From a virus: DNA of 64,000 bases. The translations under genes and the position numbers were made by a program. The stretch is from positions 64,001 through 128,000 of the IMG/VR virus record IMGVR_UViG_3300009514_000888. One strand, 5' to 3'. Positions within the stretch are counted from its first letter, which is position 1. Each line of letters begins with the position of its first letter. Of this stretch, positions 21,584-31,983 are shown in pieces. Below the pieces are notes generated by a model, which saw only the letters and a program-made list of their open reading frames with translations, ran no database searches and was not told where the DNA came from.

Positions 21584-23255
21584 CTACGAGTCTGTCATCT
21601 TGGTAGAAAAAACAATCCAAGATGAAGGATATAACCCGAACAAACTGGGAAGAACATCTAGGAAGTTCATATGGGCATCTTGCCGTGTATGCGGGGAATC
21701 TCATCGCATTCGTAAGGGATTCTATAATAAGGCAGGATCGGCATGTCATAAAGAGTGTAGGATGCAGGAACAGTCCCAATTCGGCTCTCCTTTTTCTGAT
21801 CCAAAGGTGAAAAAGAAAGCTCAGGAGAATAGGACCAGGAACATATCTCAAAAAGAATTGAACAGACGCATATCTATAGGCCGGAAAAAGGCTCAGTCTA
21901 AGATAGAAGAAACCAACATGCAGAAGTATGGTGTCAGAAATACATTCCAATCTGGAGAAATTAAGGAGAAGATAAAAAAGACTAATTTGGATAGGTATGG
22001 GGTGGCTCATCCTATGCAGTCAGAGGATATTGCGTCCAGGGCGAAGGGAACAGTTAGAGAAAAGTATGGGGTTGACAATGTAATGCAATCCGAGCCGATA
22101 CGGTCTAAGGCAATTGAAACCAATAAGCAGAGATATGGGGTTGCAAATCCTATGCAAGATAAGGATATCTCAGAGAAATCTAGAGCTGGATTTCAAACTG
22201 CTGTAGACGAAGACCTTAATGACAATTATCGACTTATCAATACTTTGAGAGGTGATGATTTTTGGAACAAAATGGCAGAAGAAGAGTTAACCCTTAAAGA
22301 GTTATGTGATTTTTTTGATATTAATTATCAAAGCGCAACTTATAGGCTTGTTCAAGATGAATTCAGAGACAAGTATCATAAAACATATCATTTTCCAAAG
22401 CACCAGGAGCAAATGAGCATATGTAGAATGATTGAGTCTTGCGGGGTAAAGGTGGATGCTAATACCAGGCAAGTTATACCTCCGCTGGAGATAGATATAT
22501 ATTGTCCTGAATCAAAGCTTGCTATTGAATTCAATGGAAGCTATTGGCATTCTGAGGCTTTTTTAGACAGTAGTCAATCAAGGCATAAGCATATAGAGAA
22601 AACCAGAATGTGCAGGGAGAAGGGGATAGAGCTGATTCATGTATTTGAGCATACTTATAGAGAGCGTAAAGATCAAATATTAGGATTCATTCAATCCGCC
22701 CTTGGATCAAATACGGTTAGAATTCATGCTAGAAAATGTAATATTACTCACAATGATTCTTCATGGTTTATGAACAAACATCATGTTCAGGGATCGACCA
22801 AGAGCATTAAGTATTTTAATCTTGAATATGATGGAGAGATAGTTGGGTCTATGACTGCGGGCAAGCATCATGAAAAGGGGGGAGACAGGATGGCATGCGT
22901 ATTAAATAGACTAGCTTTCAAGAGAGGTGTTACTATTCAGGGAGGATCAGGTAGGTTATTCAAATACTTTAGGCAATGGGCCAAAGGAGAGGGATATGAT
23001 CAGATCATTAGTTGGTCAGATTCATCCTTAACCAGTGGCAAGGTATACAATACATTGGGATTTAATATGGAGGTTGAGCATGCCCCTGGATATTTCTATT
23101 TTGACATGAAAAATGGCCGATATTTGAGTCGTCAGTCTCAAAGAAAAACCAATAAGTTGAGGCCAGATGGCGTGACTATTAGAGAATGGAATAGAGCGAG
23201 AGGATTATATCCAATATGGGATTGCGGAAAGAAAAAGTGGACATATCATCTTTAG
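21561..23255 (+). CDS. Hef-like free-standing endonuclease with KYGV repeats
   Basis: Repeated KYGV/RYGV units; EIDIYCPESKLAIEFNGSYWHS nuclease motif; C-terminal ARKC...WDCG domain. Confidence 0.7.
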   Translation: MSERKIHNYESVILVEKTIQDEGYNPNKLGRTSRKFIWASCRVCGESHRIRKGFYNKAGSACHKECRMQEQSQFGSPFSDPKVKKKAQENRTRNISQKELNRRISIGRKKAQSKIEETNMQKYGVRNTFQSGEIKEKIKKTNLDRYGVAHPMQSEDIASRAKGTVREKYGVDNVMQSEPIRSKAIETNKQRYGVANPMQDKDISEKSRAGFQTAVDEDLNDNYRLINTLRGDDFWNKMAEEELTLKELCDFFDINYQSATYRLVQDEFRDKYHKTYHFPKHQEQMSICRMIESCGVKVDANTRQVIPPLEIDIYCPESKLAIEFNGSYWHSEAFLDSSQSRHKHIEKTRMCREKGIELIHVFEHTYRERKDQILGFIQSALGSNTVRIHARKCNITHNDSSWFMNKHHVQGSTKSIKYFNLEYDGEIVGSMTAGKHHEKGGDRMACVLNRLAFKRGVTIQGGSGRLFKYFRQWAKGEGYDQIISWSDSSLTSGKVYNTLGFNMEVEHAPGYFYFDMKNGRYLSRQSQRKTNKLRPDGVTIREWNRARGLYPIWDCGKKKWTYHL

Positions 23256-23647
23256 CAGATGATGATATTGTATCGTTGATTCAGGATAATTTAACTCCTG
23301 ATTTATTGAAGTCAAAGTTCCGAGGCAAGTCTGAAAACAGGCTTTGGGGTCATTGCTACGTGGCAAGTGAGACTTTCTATCATTTGCGCGGCGGGAAAGA
23401 GTTGTATCAGGTGAAGAGAATGAAGGTTGGGAAAGTTAATCATTGGTTTTTGCTCAGAAAAGAAGATGAAGAGATAGTGGATATTACGTCTGGTCAGTTT
23501 GATTTTGAATTAGATTATTCGACGGCGATTAATGCTGTATTTTTGACCAAGAACGCAAGCAAAAGGGCTAAGGTTTTGATTGAGAGAGTTGAGTCATGGA
23601 TACTGGCTGAAACAGGGAACAGATGGAGGAATGGGGCTTTCCAATGA
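23216..23647 (+). CDS. Hypothetical protein with Cys-His-Asp pattern (YunG/transglutaminase-like)
   Basis: GHCY...GG...NHWF...DITSGQF. Confidence 0.45.
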   Translation: MGLRKEKVDISSLADDDIVSLIQDNLTPDLLKSKFRGKSENRLWGHCYVASETFYHLRGGKELYQVKRMKVGKVNHWFLLRKEDEEIVDITSGQFDFELDYSTAINAVFLTKNASKRAKVLIERVESWILAETGNRWRNGAFQ

Positions 23648-23722
23648 GGTGGGATACTGCCCCTTTGTGGAATTATGAATTGAGAACCCCTATTGCTTTA
23701 GCATAGGGAGTACGTCAGAAAG

Positions 23723-24733
23723 ATGAATACGAATAAAGTTTTAGAATGGTACGCCAAGTATATCTGGCCTGCTCATCGCAAGGTCGCCAGGGGACTATCT
23801 CGTCGCTGCAATAATTGTATTATCTCAGAGAAGCAGTCAAGGCTCCTAGGAGGGCTTTGCGGGCCATGCATATTGTACGTCCCAGAGGAAAAAGAAGAAT
23901 CTCAGGTAGACCTCCAGGCTTTTGATAGGGAGATGCGATCATATGTCGGAAGCGGCAAGAAATACGATATTGCTTTGATGCTTAGCGGCGGCAAGGACAG
24001 CGCATACATTCTGCATCGATTGAGGCAAGAATATTCTGGCCTGAGAATCGCTTGTATCTTGGTTAACAACGGATTCATGAGTCCAGTTGCCATTGACAAT
24101 GCCAAGCAGACAGCATTGAAGTGCGAAGCTGACTTGATGATTGTTAATTCGTTTATCCCAGAGTTCAAGGCTGCGTTCAGGCAGGCATTTCTGGGACTCA
24201 AAGGTCAGCCGTGTTACGGCGTTGTGGACTATGCGGATGGGAGTCTTGTTTTTCAGGCTGGAGAAAAGATTGCAAAGTCGATGGGTTTGCCCGCCATGAT
24301 TGGCGGCTTGTCTTGGGTACAGGTCGAGATCATTCTGGGGATTGACGGGTTTGAGCAGATTGCAGATGACAATTTCAGGACTCTATTTCCGTTATGGGCA
24401 TGGCGAACGCATGAGCAGGACATCAGGGAGTATGTCCTGGAGCATAGACTTATTCCCAAGGGAAATGATAGTCCGGTTGTCAGTAATAGCCAATTGATCT
24501 TGGCGATGAGCGCGATAGATGTTATGAATTTGGGATATTGCAGTTTTGAGCCAGAATTCGCGAAATTGGTTCGGGAGGGCAAGGCGGACAGGAAAGTGTG
24601 GCTGCATTTGTTTGAGTTATTGGAGTATGGAGTCAAGAAAGGGCATTTGGACAAGGATGTTAAGGCGACATTGGCGAAGTTAGATTTATCCTTGGAAGAG
24701 GTAGTCGGACATTGGAGCTCAAAGCCTATGTAA
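23723..24733 (+). CDS. N-type ATP pyrophosphatase, N-acetyl-sugar amidotransferase-like
   Basis: PP-loop SGGKDS and N-terminal CxxC...CxxC. Confidence 0.7.
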   Translation: MNTNKVLEWYAKYIWPAHRKVARGLSRRCNNCIISEKQSRLLGGLCGPCILYVPEEKEESQVDLQAFDREMRSYVGSGKKYDIALMLSGGKDSAYILHRLRQEYSGLRIACILVNNGFMSPVAIDNAKQTALKCEADLMIVNSFIPEFKAAFRQAFLGLKGQPCYGVVDYADGSLVFQAGEKIAKSMGLPAMIGGLSWVQVEIILGIDGFEQIADDNFRTLFPLWAWRTHEQDIREYVLEHRLIPKGNDSPVVSNSQLILAMSAIDVMNLGYCSFEPEFAKLVREGKADRKVWLHLFELLEYGVKKGHLDKDVKATLAKLDLSLEEVVGHWSSKPM

Positions 24734-25704
24734 CGGGAGCGACCGGCTGCGTAGGTCGCAATCTGATTGATGCGTTGCTTTCGAGCGGATGGGACACTAC
24801 TGTCCTTCATCGCAAAACATCTGATCTTTCTCGATTAGATGAATGCAACGTCAAGTTCAGAGAAGTCAATCTTTACGATCTGGAATCGGTTCGCTCGGCT
24901 ATCCCAGAGGACGTGAATGCGCTGTTTCATGTGGCTGGTAGCACATCATATTGGTGGAAAGATCGCAAGCAGCAATGGAAGGATAACGTTCTTGCAACGC
25001 GCAACCTTGTTCATATTGCGATTGAGAAGAAGGTAGGTAGATTCATTTTTACGTCCACAGGAGCAACTTGGTCTTATCATGATACAGTCAAGACCCATCG
25101 GGAAGCGAAGAAGAAGATTGGCATTTCATATGTGCGCACGAAGCGGATGGCGGAGATAGAAATTGAGCAAGGTATAAAGAGCGGGTTGGACGCAGTGATA
25201 CTGAACCCTGTGATTGTTCTGGGCAAGTATGATTATAGCACGTATTCCAGCCTCTTCACGGGTATCAATCGTGGAAAAATTAAGAAGGCATTGCCGGGCC
25301 AGTTCGCTTTTTGTCATGCCGAGGATGTCGCCAGGGCGCACGTGCAGGCATATAAGCATGGCAAGCCTGGGCAACGGTATTGCCTGGACGGACCTTGGGC
25401 GACCTGGCTGGAGGTTTTCTGGAGGATTGCGAGGCTTGCGGGCAGCGATCCTATTATCGAGACGATTCCTGTTTGGCAGGTTAGGCTTACATCGTATGCT
25501 ATGGTTTTCTGGTCGTTTTTCTCAGGCAAGCGTCCGCTCTTGACGCCAGAGATATCATCTCTCTTGGTGAGCGATAATAAGCATACTCCGGAATTGTGGG
25601 AAATGACTGCTATTACAAGGGAGGATTTGGATTATCGATCCAGGCCCATCTCGAATATGATTGAAGATTGCTATTCATGGATGGCGGAAAACGACAGGTT
25701 ATGA
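24712..25704 (+). CDS. NAD-dependent epimerase/dehydratase (extended SDR)
   Basis: VTGATGCVG, FHVAG, FTST, YxxxK (YVRTK), LNP. Confidence 0.85.
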   Translation: MELKAYVTGATGCVGRNLIDALLSSGWDTTVLHRKTSDLSRLDECNVKFREVNLYDLESVRSAIPEDVNALFHVAGSTSYWWKDRKQQWKDNVLATRNLVHIAIEKKVGRFIFTSTGATWSYHDTVKTHREAKKKIGISYVRTKRMAEIEIEQGIKSGLDAVILNPVIVLGKYDYSTYSSLFTGINRGKIKKALPGQFAFCHAEDVARAHVQAYKHGKPGQRYCLDGPWATWLEVFWRIARLAGSDPIIETIPVWQVRLTSYAMVFWSFFSGKRPLLTPEISSLLVSDNKHTPELWEMTAITREDLDYRSRPISNMIEDCYSWMAENDRL

Positions 25705-26273
25705 GCTGGTATCATCAGTCACAAAATGACATTCATCAGCATTTGCGAGAGCGGGGCGTAGACCCTGGTCGCACGCCTGTTTACGTGGACCCCGAGAGCG
25801 GCGTAGCGACGTTTCCTATTTATGATGGACAGGGGCGTATGGTTGGTTATCAGCAGTACAACCCTGCGGGAGCCAAGAGGCCAGGGAATGATGAGGACAC
25901 TGGACGCTACTATACGTATATCTCAGACGAGTTCAAGCGGATCGGGGTTTGGGGTCTACATACAGTCAATTTGCTCTCAGATACGATCCTGTTTATCACA
26001 GAGGGCATCTTTGATGCGGTCAAGATTCATAATGCTGGATACCCTGCCATTGCGGCTTTGGGGAATGCGGCATCGAGGGAGCTGAAGGCCCAAGTGAAGC
26101 TATGGGCGATTTACACCATTGGCATTATGGACAGGGATGAAGCTGGATCGAAGTTGGCGGCGTTGGTGGATCGCGCGGTCGTTGTTCCTGAGCCATATCA
26201 TGATTTAGGGGATATGCCCCAAGAAGAGGTGAATGTCTTTCTGCAAGGTCTTTTGCAGGGAAGGGATAGTTGA
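25701..26273 (+). CDS. Stand-alone Toprim-domain (primase-like) protein beginning MSWYHQSQ
   Basis: FITEGIFDA, AALG, DRDEAG, HDLGD; ATGA overlap with the upstream gene. Confidence 0.75.
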   Translation: MSWYHQSQNDIHQHLRERGVDPGRTPVYVDPESGVATFPIYDGQGRMVGYQQYNPAGAKRPGNDEDTGRYYTYISDEFKRIGVWGLHTVNLLSDTILFITEGIFDAVKIHNAGYPAIAALGNAASRELKAQVKLWAIYTIGIMDRDEAGSKLAALVDRAVVVPEPYHDLGDMPQEEVNVFLQGLLQGRDS

Positions 26274-26322
26274 AAAATAGGCCGAAAGCTTGGTATAGAC
26301 TTTGCTTTGGAGCTTTCGATCT

Positions 26323-28785
26323 TTGAACTGGTATCGCAGACTCAAGACGGCTCTTGTGCTCAAGGTTCCATTATACGTTAAGCTGGCCGCTGGCTTTGAT
26401 ACGTTTACGTGGCATGGCCCGGCAGGTCTATTCTTTTCTGTTGGAGGTAGCGCGATCTGGGGCGTTCGTCCGCAGCTGGAGGGCTTGGGGTTCAGGCTCA
26501 CCAAGGGAACGGATGAGAACCCTGGTTATTGGCATTTCTATATCAAGGCTGACGCGATTACCAGCTCTCCGGAATTGCAGCAATCTCTCGCCCCTTTGGG
26601 TGTTCCGCTTGAAGAGTTGGGCATATTCCCTGGTGTGTCGCAGCAAGCCCCTGCGCCTCCTCTTCCGCAGATGCAGCCTGTTCAACAGAGTCAGCAGCCG
26701 GTTCAGAGCCAATGGTTTCTGAGCAAGGCCGTAAGATTAGAGGGCGTTCCGTCCCAATCGCCTGTTGTGGTATCCAGGAGTCCTAACGGCAGTTGGCAGG
26801 TGATGGATGAGGGCGGCAATCGAATGGAGGTCGGTAATGATCAGATTCAAAAGGCGGTTCAGTCAGTGAGAGATGATCATAACAAGCCCTATGCGTCTAC
26901 TGATCCGGAAGAACTGTTCAATCTTATTAACGAGATTGAGGGCAAACCTGATTTGGTTGAAGACACGAGCGGTCGCCCATCCCCAGAAGACGTTCGTCTC
27001 CCAGAAGAATGGATGACAGTATATAATAAGGCTATTGAGGATAAGTTCATAAATGGTGTTAGCGAGGATGGTAAACCAGCTAATATCATGATCAACGCAT
27101 TAGCTGGCACAGGTAAGACTACTACATTAAAACATCTATCATCTTTCATACAGCCTGGTGAACGCTGGTTGTATTTGGTTTTCAACAAAAAAAATCAAGT
27201 AGAAAGCGCCGAGAAGTTTCCGGCTGGCGTTGATGTGATGACCACCCATTCGTTTTTGGGCAAGGTTTTGCGGATGAATGGCCCGGATGTCGGCGGCAAG
27301 ACTGAATTACCAGATCGAGACTTCAGGGGCACCAAGGTTAGGGCGGTTGCGGACAAGATGATCGACCCGTTGTGGCCAGAGCCAACCATGACTAGCCATA
27401 ATCGTCGTTTAGGGAGAGACTTCAGCGTATTCAACTGGAAGGGAAAGAGTGCAGTAACGCATGTGGTGGAGATGGCGAAAGCGTATGCGATTGATCCTCG
27501 CTCGCCATCTCTGATGGAGGAATTGGCTGACGTAGTTGTCAAGTCCCATATCGATCTCGATTTATCCAGTGAGCGACATGAGCAGCCCAGGGATTACACG
27601 CCGGACATCTTGCAGAAGGCGGCTGATCTATTGCAGGCATCTTTGCCTGGGCAGTTGCCTCCCGGTGTGGACAGAAAATTTGCTAACATGCGGGATCAGG
27701 ATGACACGCTTTGGTATAGCGCGATTAATGCAGATATGATTCGATGGAATGCTGGCAACTTGGGGTATGATGTGGTTCTGATGGATGAGGTTCAGGACTT
27801 CAATGCTTGTCAGCTAAAGATGGCAGAAATGCTCAAGCAAAACAAGGCCAGAGTGGTAGGGGTCGGTGATCCTCACCAGTCGTTATATTATTTCAGAGGC
27901 GCAGATGAAACGGCATTTGAGCAGCTGGGGCAGATTATCTCTGGCGACGATGAGCCGATGAATTTGCCCATCAATTTTCGAAGCGGAAGCAACATCTTGG
28001 ACTATGTTGCCGCTGCTACTGGTATTAATATTTTGGCGGCCGAGCATAATCAGGGCAAGGGAGTGGTTAATACGGATACCAAATACGATGACTTCATGGC
28101 GCAGTCAACCAATGAGTATCATGAAAATGGCGGGATGATGAAAGAGGCAACAGCGATGATCTGCCCCACCAATGCCCCGCTGACGCAGGCGGCCTTGTCT
28201 TTGCTCAAGAATAACGTTGAGTTCGAGATCATGGGCAAGGAGCTGTATCGCGACATTGAAAAGATGATCAAGAAAGTAACTTGGCAGAAGCCGCAGGGAA
28301 CTGACATCTATGATTTAGCGGATGCCCTGGCATCTCACAATGCAGAGCTGCAAGACAGGTGGGGTCATAAGGTATCCAAGAAAGACGAGTTGAAGGAGAG
28401 CCAGGAATATACGGATGCCATTTTGTCGGTGATGCAATATTTGTCCGAGTCTGATTTTACTGATCCTTCTAGGGAAAATTCGCGTCCAATGCGGACAGCG
28501 ATGGATTTCCTGAAATATCTGGAAGACAAGATCGGCGGGTTGGACCCAGAAAATGCCAGAGACGCGCAAATCATCGAGGACATTGATCCTCGTAAGGTCG
28601 TGACACTGACGACTGCTCACAAGTCAAAAGGACTGGAATTCGAGAGAGTGTTTGTTATGAATCCTGACTCTTTTCTGCCCAAGGAGGGCATGAGTCCGTC
28701 AGAGATCAAGCAATTACAGAATGCATTCTATGTGTCTCTGACTCGGGCCATGAAAACTCTGTATGTTTCCGCAGACAGTCAATAA
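26323..28785 (+). CDS. SF1 UvrD/Rep-like helicase with ~220-aa N-terminal extension; probable TTG start giving MNWYRRLKTA
   Basis: ALAGTGKTT, MDEVQD, VGDPHQSLYYFRGA, TAHKSKGLEF, YVSLTRA; GGAG RBS at 26309. Confidence 0.88.
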   Translation: MNWYRRLKTALVLKVPLYVKLAAGFDTFTWHGPAGLFFSVGGSAIWGVRPQLEGLGFRLTKGTDENPGYWHFYIKADAITSSPELQQSLAPLGVPLEELGIFPGVSQQAPAPPLPQMQPVQQSQQPVQSQWFLSKAVRLEGVPSQSPVVVSRSPNGSWQVMDEGGNRMEVGNDQIQKAVQSVRDDHNKPYASTDPEELFNLINEIEGKPDLVEDTSGRPSPEDVRLPEEWMTVYNKAIEDKFINGVSEDGKPANIMINALAGTGKTTTLKHLSSFIQPGERWLYLVFNKKNQVESAEKFPAGVDVMTTHSFLGKVLRMNGPDVGGKTELPDRDFRGTKVRAVADKMIDPLWPEPTMTSHNRRLGRDFSVFNWKGKSAVTHVVEMAKAYAIDPRSPSLMEELADVVVKSHIDLDLSSERHEQPRDYTPDILQKAADLLQASLPGQLPPGVDRKFANMRDQDDTLWYSAINADMIRWNAGNLGYDVVLMDEVQDFNACQLKMAEMLKQNKARVVGVGDPHQSLYYFRGADETAFEQLGQIISGDDEPMNLPINFRSGSNILDYVAAATGINILAAEHNQGKGVVNTDTKYDDFMAQSTNEYHENGGMMKEATAMICPTNAPLTQAALSLLKNNVEFEIMGKELYRDIEKMIKKVTWQKPQGTDIYDLADALASHNAELQDRWGHKVSKKDELKESQEYTDAILSVMQYLSESDFTDPSRENSRPMRTAMDFLKYLEDKIGGLDPENARDAQIIEDIDPRKVVTLTTAHKSKGLEFERVFVMNPDSFLPKEGMSPSEIKQLQNAFYVSLTRAMKTLYVSADSQ

Positions 28786-28817
28786 TATTTCTTGCCGTAT
28801 GAGCCGATAGAACTGGC

Positions 28818-29036
28818 ATGGGCTATGCAGTCTGTCCAAAGTGTAAGACAGTGTTTGAGATTGATGACCTGTACTGTCCCAATGGGCTGGTGCCTGCCCG
28901 ATGTCTCGGTTGTCGAGAGGCTGGTGTTGATGCTCTTGGAGTTAGACTTGGACCTCTTTACTCGTCAGCACATGCTCCGCAGAACTGGGAAATCGACAGC
29001 AAGGGGCGAGTCAAATGGAGAAAATACCAGACATGA
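28818..29036 (+). CDS. Small zinc-finger-like protein
   Basis: CPKC and CLGC pairs. Confidence 0.5.
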   Translation: MGYAVCPKCKTVFEIDDLYCPNGLVPARCLGCREAGVDALGVRLGPLYSSAHAPQNWEIDSKGRVKWRKYQT

Positions 29037-29248
29037 TAGGATGGGACTCGACAGAATGGGCTTGGCAGAGCCTATTGGGGAGACAGGTGGAGAGGCGGAC
29101 CTATTATGCGGTTTGCTCCAATTGTGGTAATCTACATTTGATTGAGCTGGATGATTCTACCTTTTGTCAGTCGGTCGCGCAGAATGGGGGACTGCTGCAT
29201 GATCGCTGCTCGGGCTGTTGTGTTAATATGAGGTTTGCAGATGATTAA
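29015..29248 (+). CDS. Small zinc-finger-like protein
   Basis: CSNC and CSGC pairs; overlaps both neighbours. Confidence 0.5.
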   Translation: MEKIPDMIGWDSTEWAWQSLLGRQVERRTYYAVCSNCGNLHLIELDDSTFCQSVAQNGGLLHDRCSGCCVNMRFADD

Positions 29249-30296
29249 GAGAACAACTGTAACAAGAGATGATGGAGCTTGGCAGGGACATCCGGACGTA
29301 GCCTTCTTTAAGGGGAAATTCTACGTCGCTTTTCGCCAGTCCGAAAAACACAAGTCAGATAGTCATACATCTATTCGAATTGTGAAATCAGAAGATGGCA
29401 TTGGATACTCGAAGCCAAAGACGCTATTGCGCAGCAAGGACATGCGATGGAACTGTCCTCGATTGTCTGTTGTGGATGGGAGGCTTTTTCTGGTTGCTGA
29501 TTTGGTGGATCAGGGTAAGATCGATTTTGTTTTGTCCGAGAACGATCCTTCGTTGGTCAATGTTTATATGATTTCAACAGCAGACGGCAAGAATTGGTCT
29601 GATCCTGTTTTGACGGCAATCAATGGTATTGTCCCGGATCGTCTTTTGAAAGCAGGAGACAAATATCTTTTGGCAGCGCATATCTTTGAAGGCAAGCACC
29701 TGGTCCAGCGTATTTGGAGTTCAACTGATTTAGACAGATGGAAGCCTGACTTCACCTTGCGCATGGAGGGCCTGAATCTTTGCGAGGCCAGCCTGTTTCC
29801 GATCAAGGGAGATACGAGGTTGGGGTGCTTGATGCGAGAGAATTCTCAAAAGGGATTGCCTGCGTATTACTCGATGTGCGGGGCTGGTTTTGATACTGAA
29901 TGGTGGACGCAGCCCGAGCAGACTCGACTGTTTGGATGTCATCGCCCGACTGCTGGAATGCTCAGGTCAAATCGCTGGTTTGTCACTTACAGAGAACAGA
30001 CGATGCCATTTAACCAAGCTTCCTGGGCGAGGAATGTTTTCGCATGTCTATGCGAAGGCGGGATTGGTTTTGAAAGAGATGCAGCGATTTTGCCCTTGGA
30101 CCATGATGCGAGCCATAAGCCAGACGGGGGATATACGGGTTGGGTGCAGTTGGAAGACGAAAGCATCTATATTGTCAATTACATTACTGATGATGCGCCT
30201 AAGCCGTACATTGTCTCTTATCGCATCAAAGAGTCTGATATTTTTAAGGAGTCTCCAAAAACAGCTCCGCAAGAATTGCGGCTCATAGCAAGTTGA
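29235..30296 (+). CDS. Sialidase/BNR-repeat beta-propeller protein
   Basis: Asp-box-like SEDG, STADGKNW and SSTDLDRW; Arg-containing PRL, PDRL and HRP segments. Confidence 0.7.
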   Translation: MQMIKRTTVTRDDGAWQGHPDVAFFKGKFYVAFRQSEKHKSDSHTSIRIVKSEDGIGYSKPKTLLRSKDMRWNCPRLSVVDGRLFLVADLVDQGKIDFVLSENDPSLVNVYMISTADGKNWSDPVLTAINGIVPDRLLKAGDKYLLAAHIFEGKHLVQRIWSSTDLDRWKPDFTLRMEGLNLCEASLFPIKGDTRLGCLMRENSQKGLPAYYSMCGAGFDTEWWTQPEQTRLFGCHRPTAGMLRSNRWFVTYREQTMPFNQASWARNVFACLCEGGIGFERDAAILPLDHDASHKPDGGYTGWVQLEDESIYIVNYITDDAPKPYIVSYRIKESDIFKESPKTAPQELRLIAS

Positions 30297-30420
30297 AAAT
30301 GTTTTGGAGAAACAAAAGGAAACATTCATCTTTTGTTTGGAATACAATGGGCTGGTTCCCCTAGAGGAGAGCTCTGGTTCTGCCAATAATTAGTAGAAGC
30401 ACTATATTCTGGAGGCTTCT

Positions 30421-30756
30421 ATGAAATTCTTACTGGGGTTTGGGTTGGGTGTATTGCTTTGTTGGGGTGTGGCATATCTATCGCACACTCATGAAGAGAT
30501 GGGGTTCCATGATGATCACAAGGCGAGGCTGACCATTGTGATTGGCTATGATCCGTCTTTAGAGGCTTCGGTTCAGGAGCAGTCGTTTTTGTCGCAAGAA
30601 CCCAAGTCAGCAACTCAGAATCATCAATTGATTGAAAAGAAAGTGTTTACGATTCGTGACATAGATATGTTCTTGGCGGTAAGAGCATATTTTCTACAAT
30701 TCCGTGTATTTGGGCCTGACCAGGTGCAACCGCAAAGTGCGCCGCCGGGAAAATAA
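30421..30756 (+). CDS. Hypothetical protein with N-terminal membrane anchor/signal
   Basis: MKFLLGFGLGVLLCWGVAY. Confidence 0.6.
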   Translation: MKFLLGFGLGVLLCWGVAYLSHTHEEMGFHDDHKARLTIVIGYDPSLEASVQEQSFLSQEPKSATQNHQLIEKKVFTIRDIDMFLAVRAYFLQFRVFGPDQVQPQSAPPGK

Positions 30757-30837
30757 AGGAGCCTCGTATAGCGGGGCGCAAAGTTCTGTTCTCTGATGGC
30801 CGATAGCAGTGATAGCGTTTAAGGTATATCGACTGTT

Positions 30838-31014
30838 ATGAAACCATCCCAACTCGTCTACACAGCCTTGTGCATGCTGCCTGCCTTACTCTGTTTTGCG
30901 ATATCTGGTGTGCTGATTTGCGAAGAGCAACAGGGTTGGGGATGGTTTCTATTGACGGGATTGCTGGTGTTAGTCATTCCTGGTGGAACGAACAACAGCG
31001 GAGGCCGTCCATGA
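30838..31014 (+). CDS. Small two-TM membrane protein (58 aa, not in ORF track)
   Basis: MKPSQLVYTALCMLPALLCFAISGVLICEEQQGWGWFLLTGLLVLVIPGG...; ATGA overlap with the next gene. Confidence 0.55.
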   Translation: MKPSQLVYTALCMLPALLCFAISGVLICEEQQGWGWFLLTGLLVLVIPGGTNNSGGRP

Positions 31015-31244
31015 CAGAGGATATGGACTACGAAGTTCAATTCGATGAAGTTCGCATCATACGGCAGCGAGGGCGCTATGCCATTGTCATTCGCAGGGAC
31101 AACGGTAATCGCGCTACGATCTGGGACGATGAGGGCGTAGCCGAAGAATTGTTCCTGGAAATTGTCGATAGGTATGATGATCTAATGGAGGATGTAATTC
31201 ATCCCATCTTAGAGCAATGCACTGATCCCGAAGATTCACAATGA
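31011..31244 (+). CDS. Small acidic hypothetical protein (start ATG 31011)
   Basis: 3' part of track ORF 30870-31244; GGAGG RBS upstream. Confidence 0.55.
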   Translation: MTEDMDYEVQFDEVRIIRQRGRYAIVIRRDNGNRATIWDDEGVAEELFLEIVDRYDDLMEDVIHPILEQCTDPEDSQ

Positions 31245-31302
31245 AGATTTTTTGCAGATCATTGATCGAGGGAAACGCGCAAGGCGAATCGGGTAATTGA
31301 AA

Positions 31303-31328
31303 AGGATTTGTCTTTTTTAGGGTGTAAC
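31303..31328 (+). promoter_or_regulatory. Putative promoter AGGA-N17-GTAAC
   Basis: Same spacing as sites at 32799, 38816 and 44984. Confidence 0.3.
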
Positions 31329-31401
31329 CAGTAAGAAGTATTTTTTTCTTACGGATTATGCCATTTTTATCATCGATTGGACAACTGCGTTACTGATATC
31401 T

Positions 31402-31965
31402 TTGGGATTAATCGCTATTGCGATTCTGGTCGTTTTTTGGTGGGCAGAGACACGTTACCAGAGAGAACGATCCAAGCGTATCGGTCAATTTGCTGGCATT
31501 AAGCATCCCTATGTTTGTAATGTATGCGCTTATGACATGATTGCTCATGTTGCCAAGGGTTTGAATAAATGCCCAGAATGCGGGAATACTGTTTTTTTGT
31601 CGCATTATGATATCATAATCGCCAAAACGCTGATTACGCTGGAGCGCGTTCCAACCTCCTTTGCTCCATATCATCTTTATAAGCCTATAGCGAAAGATAA
31701 TAGAGTTGCCTATCATTATTGCCGCACGATAGTTGCAGAAAGCGCCCATACTGCTCAGATGGCTTCTGAGAGGCTTTACGGCAATGATGCTCTGTCGATA
31801 GGGGCAAGCGGGCTAAAGCATCAGGGGCGGTTCCTGGTCCAACCTGTGTTAGTCCTGTCACATCCAGCCAACGCCCTCGCTATCCTTAAAGATGACGACC
31901 TTGGGTTATCGGACATTAGTGATGTTATACCGACCCCAGGGGAGACTATAGTCGATAGTCGATAG
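31402..31965 (+). CDS. Membrane-anchored protein with zinc ribbon
   Basis: N-terminal hydrophobic helix, CNVC and CPEC; start uncertain. Confidence 0.55.
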   Translation: MGLIAIAILVVFWWAETRYQRERSKRIGQFAGIKHPYVCNVCAYDMIAHVAKGLNKCPECGNTVFLSHYDIIIAKTLITLERVPTSFAPYHLYKPIAKDNRVAYHYCRTIVAESAHTAQMASERLYGNDALSIGASGLKHQGRFLVQPVLVLSHPANALAILKDDDLGLSDISDVIPTPGETIVDSR

Positions 31966-31983
31966 TTAAGATTGCTTATGTAG

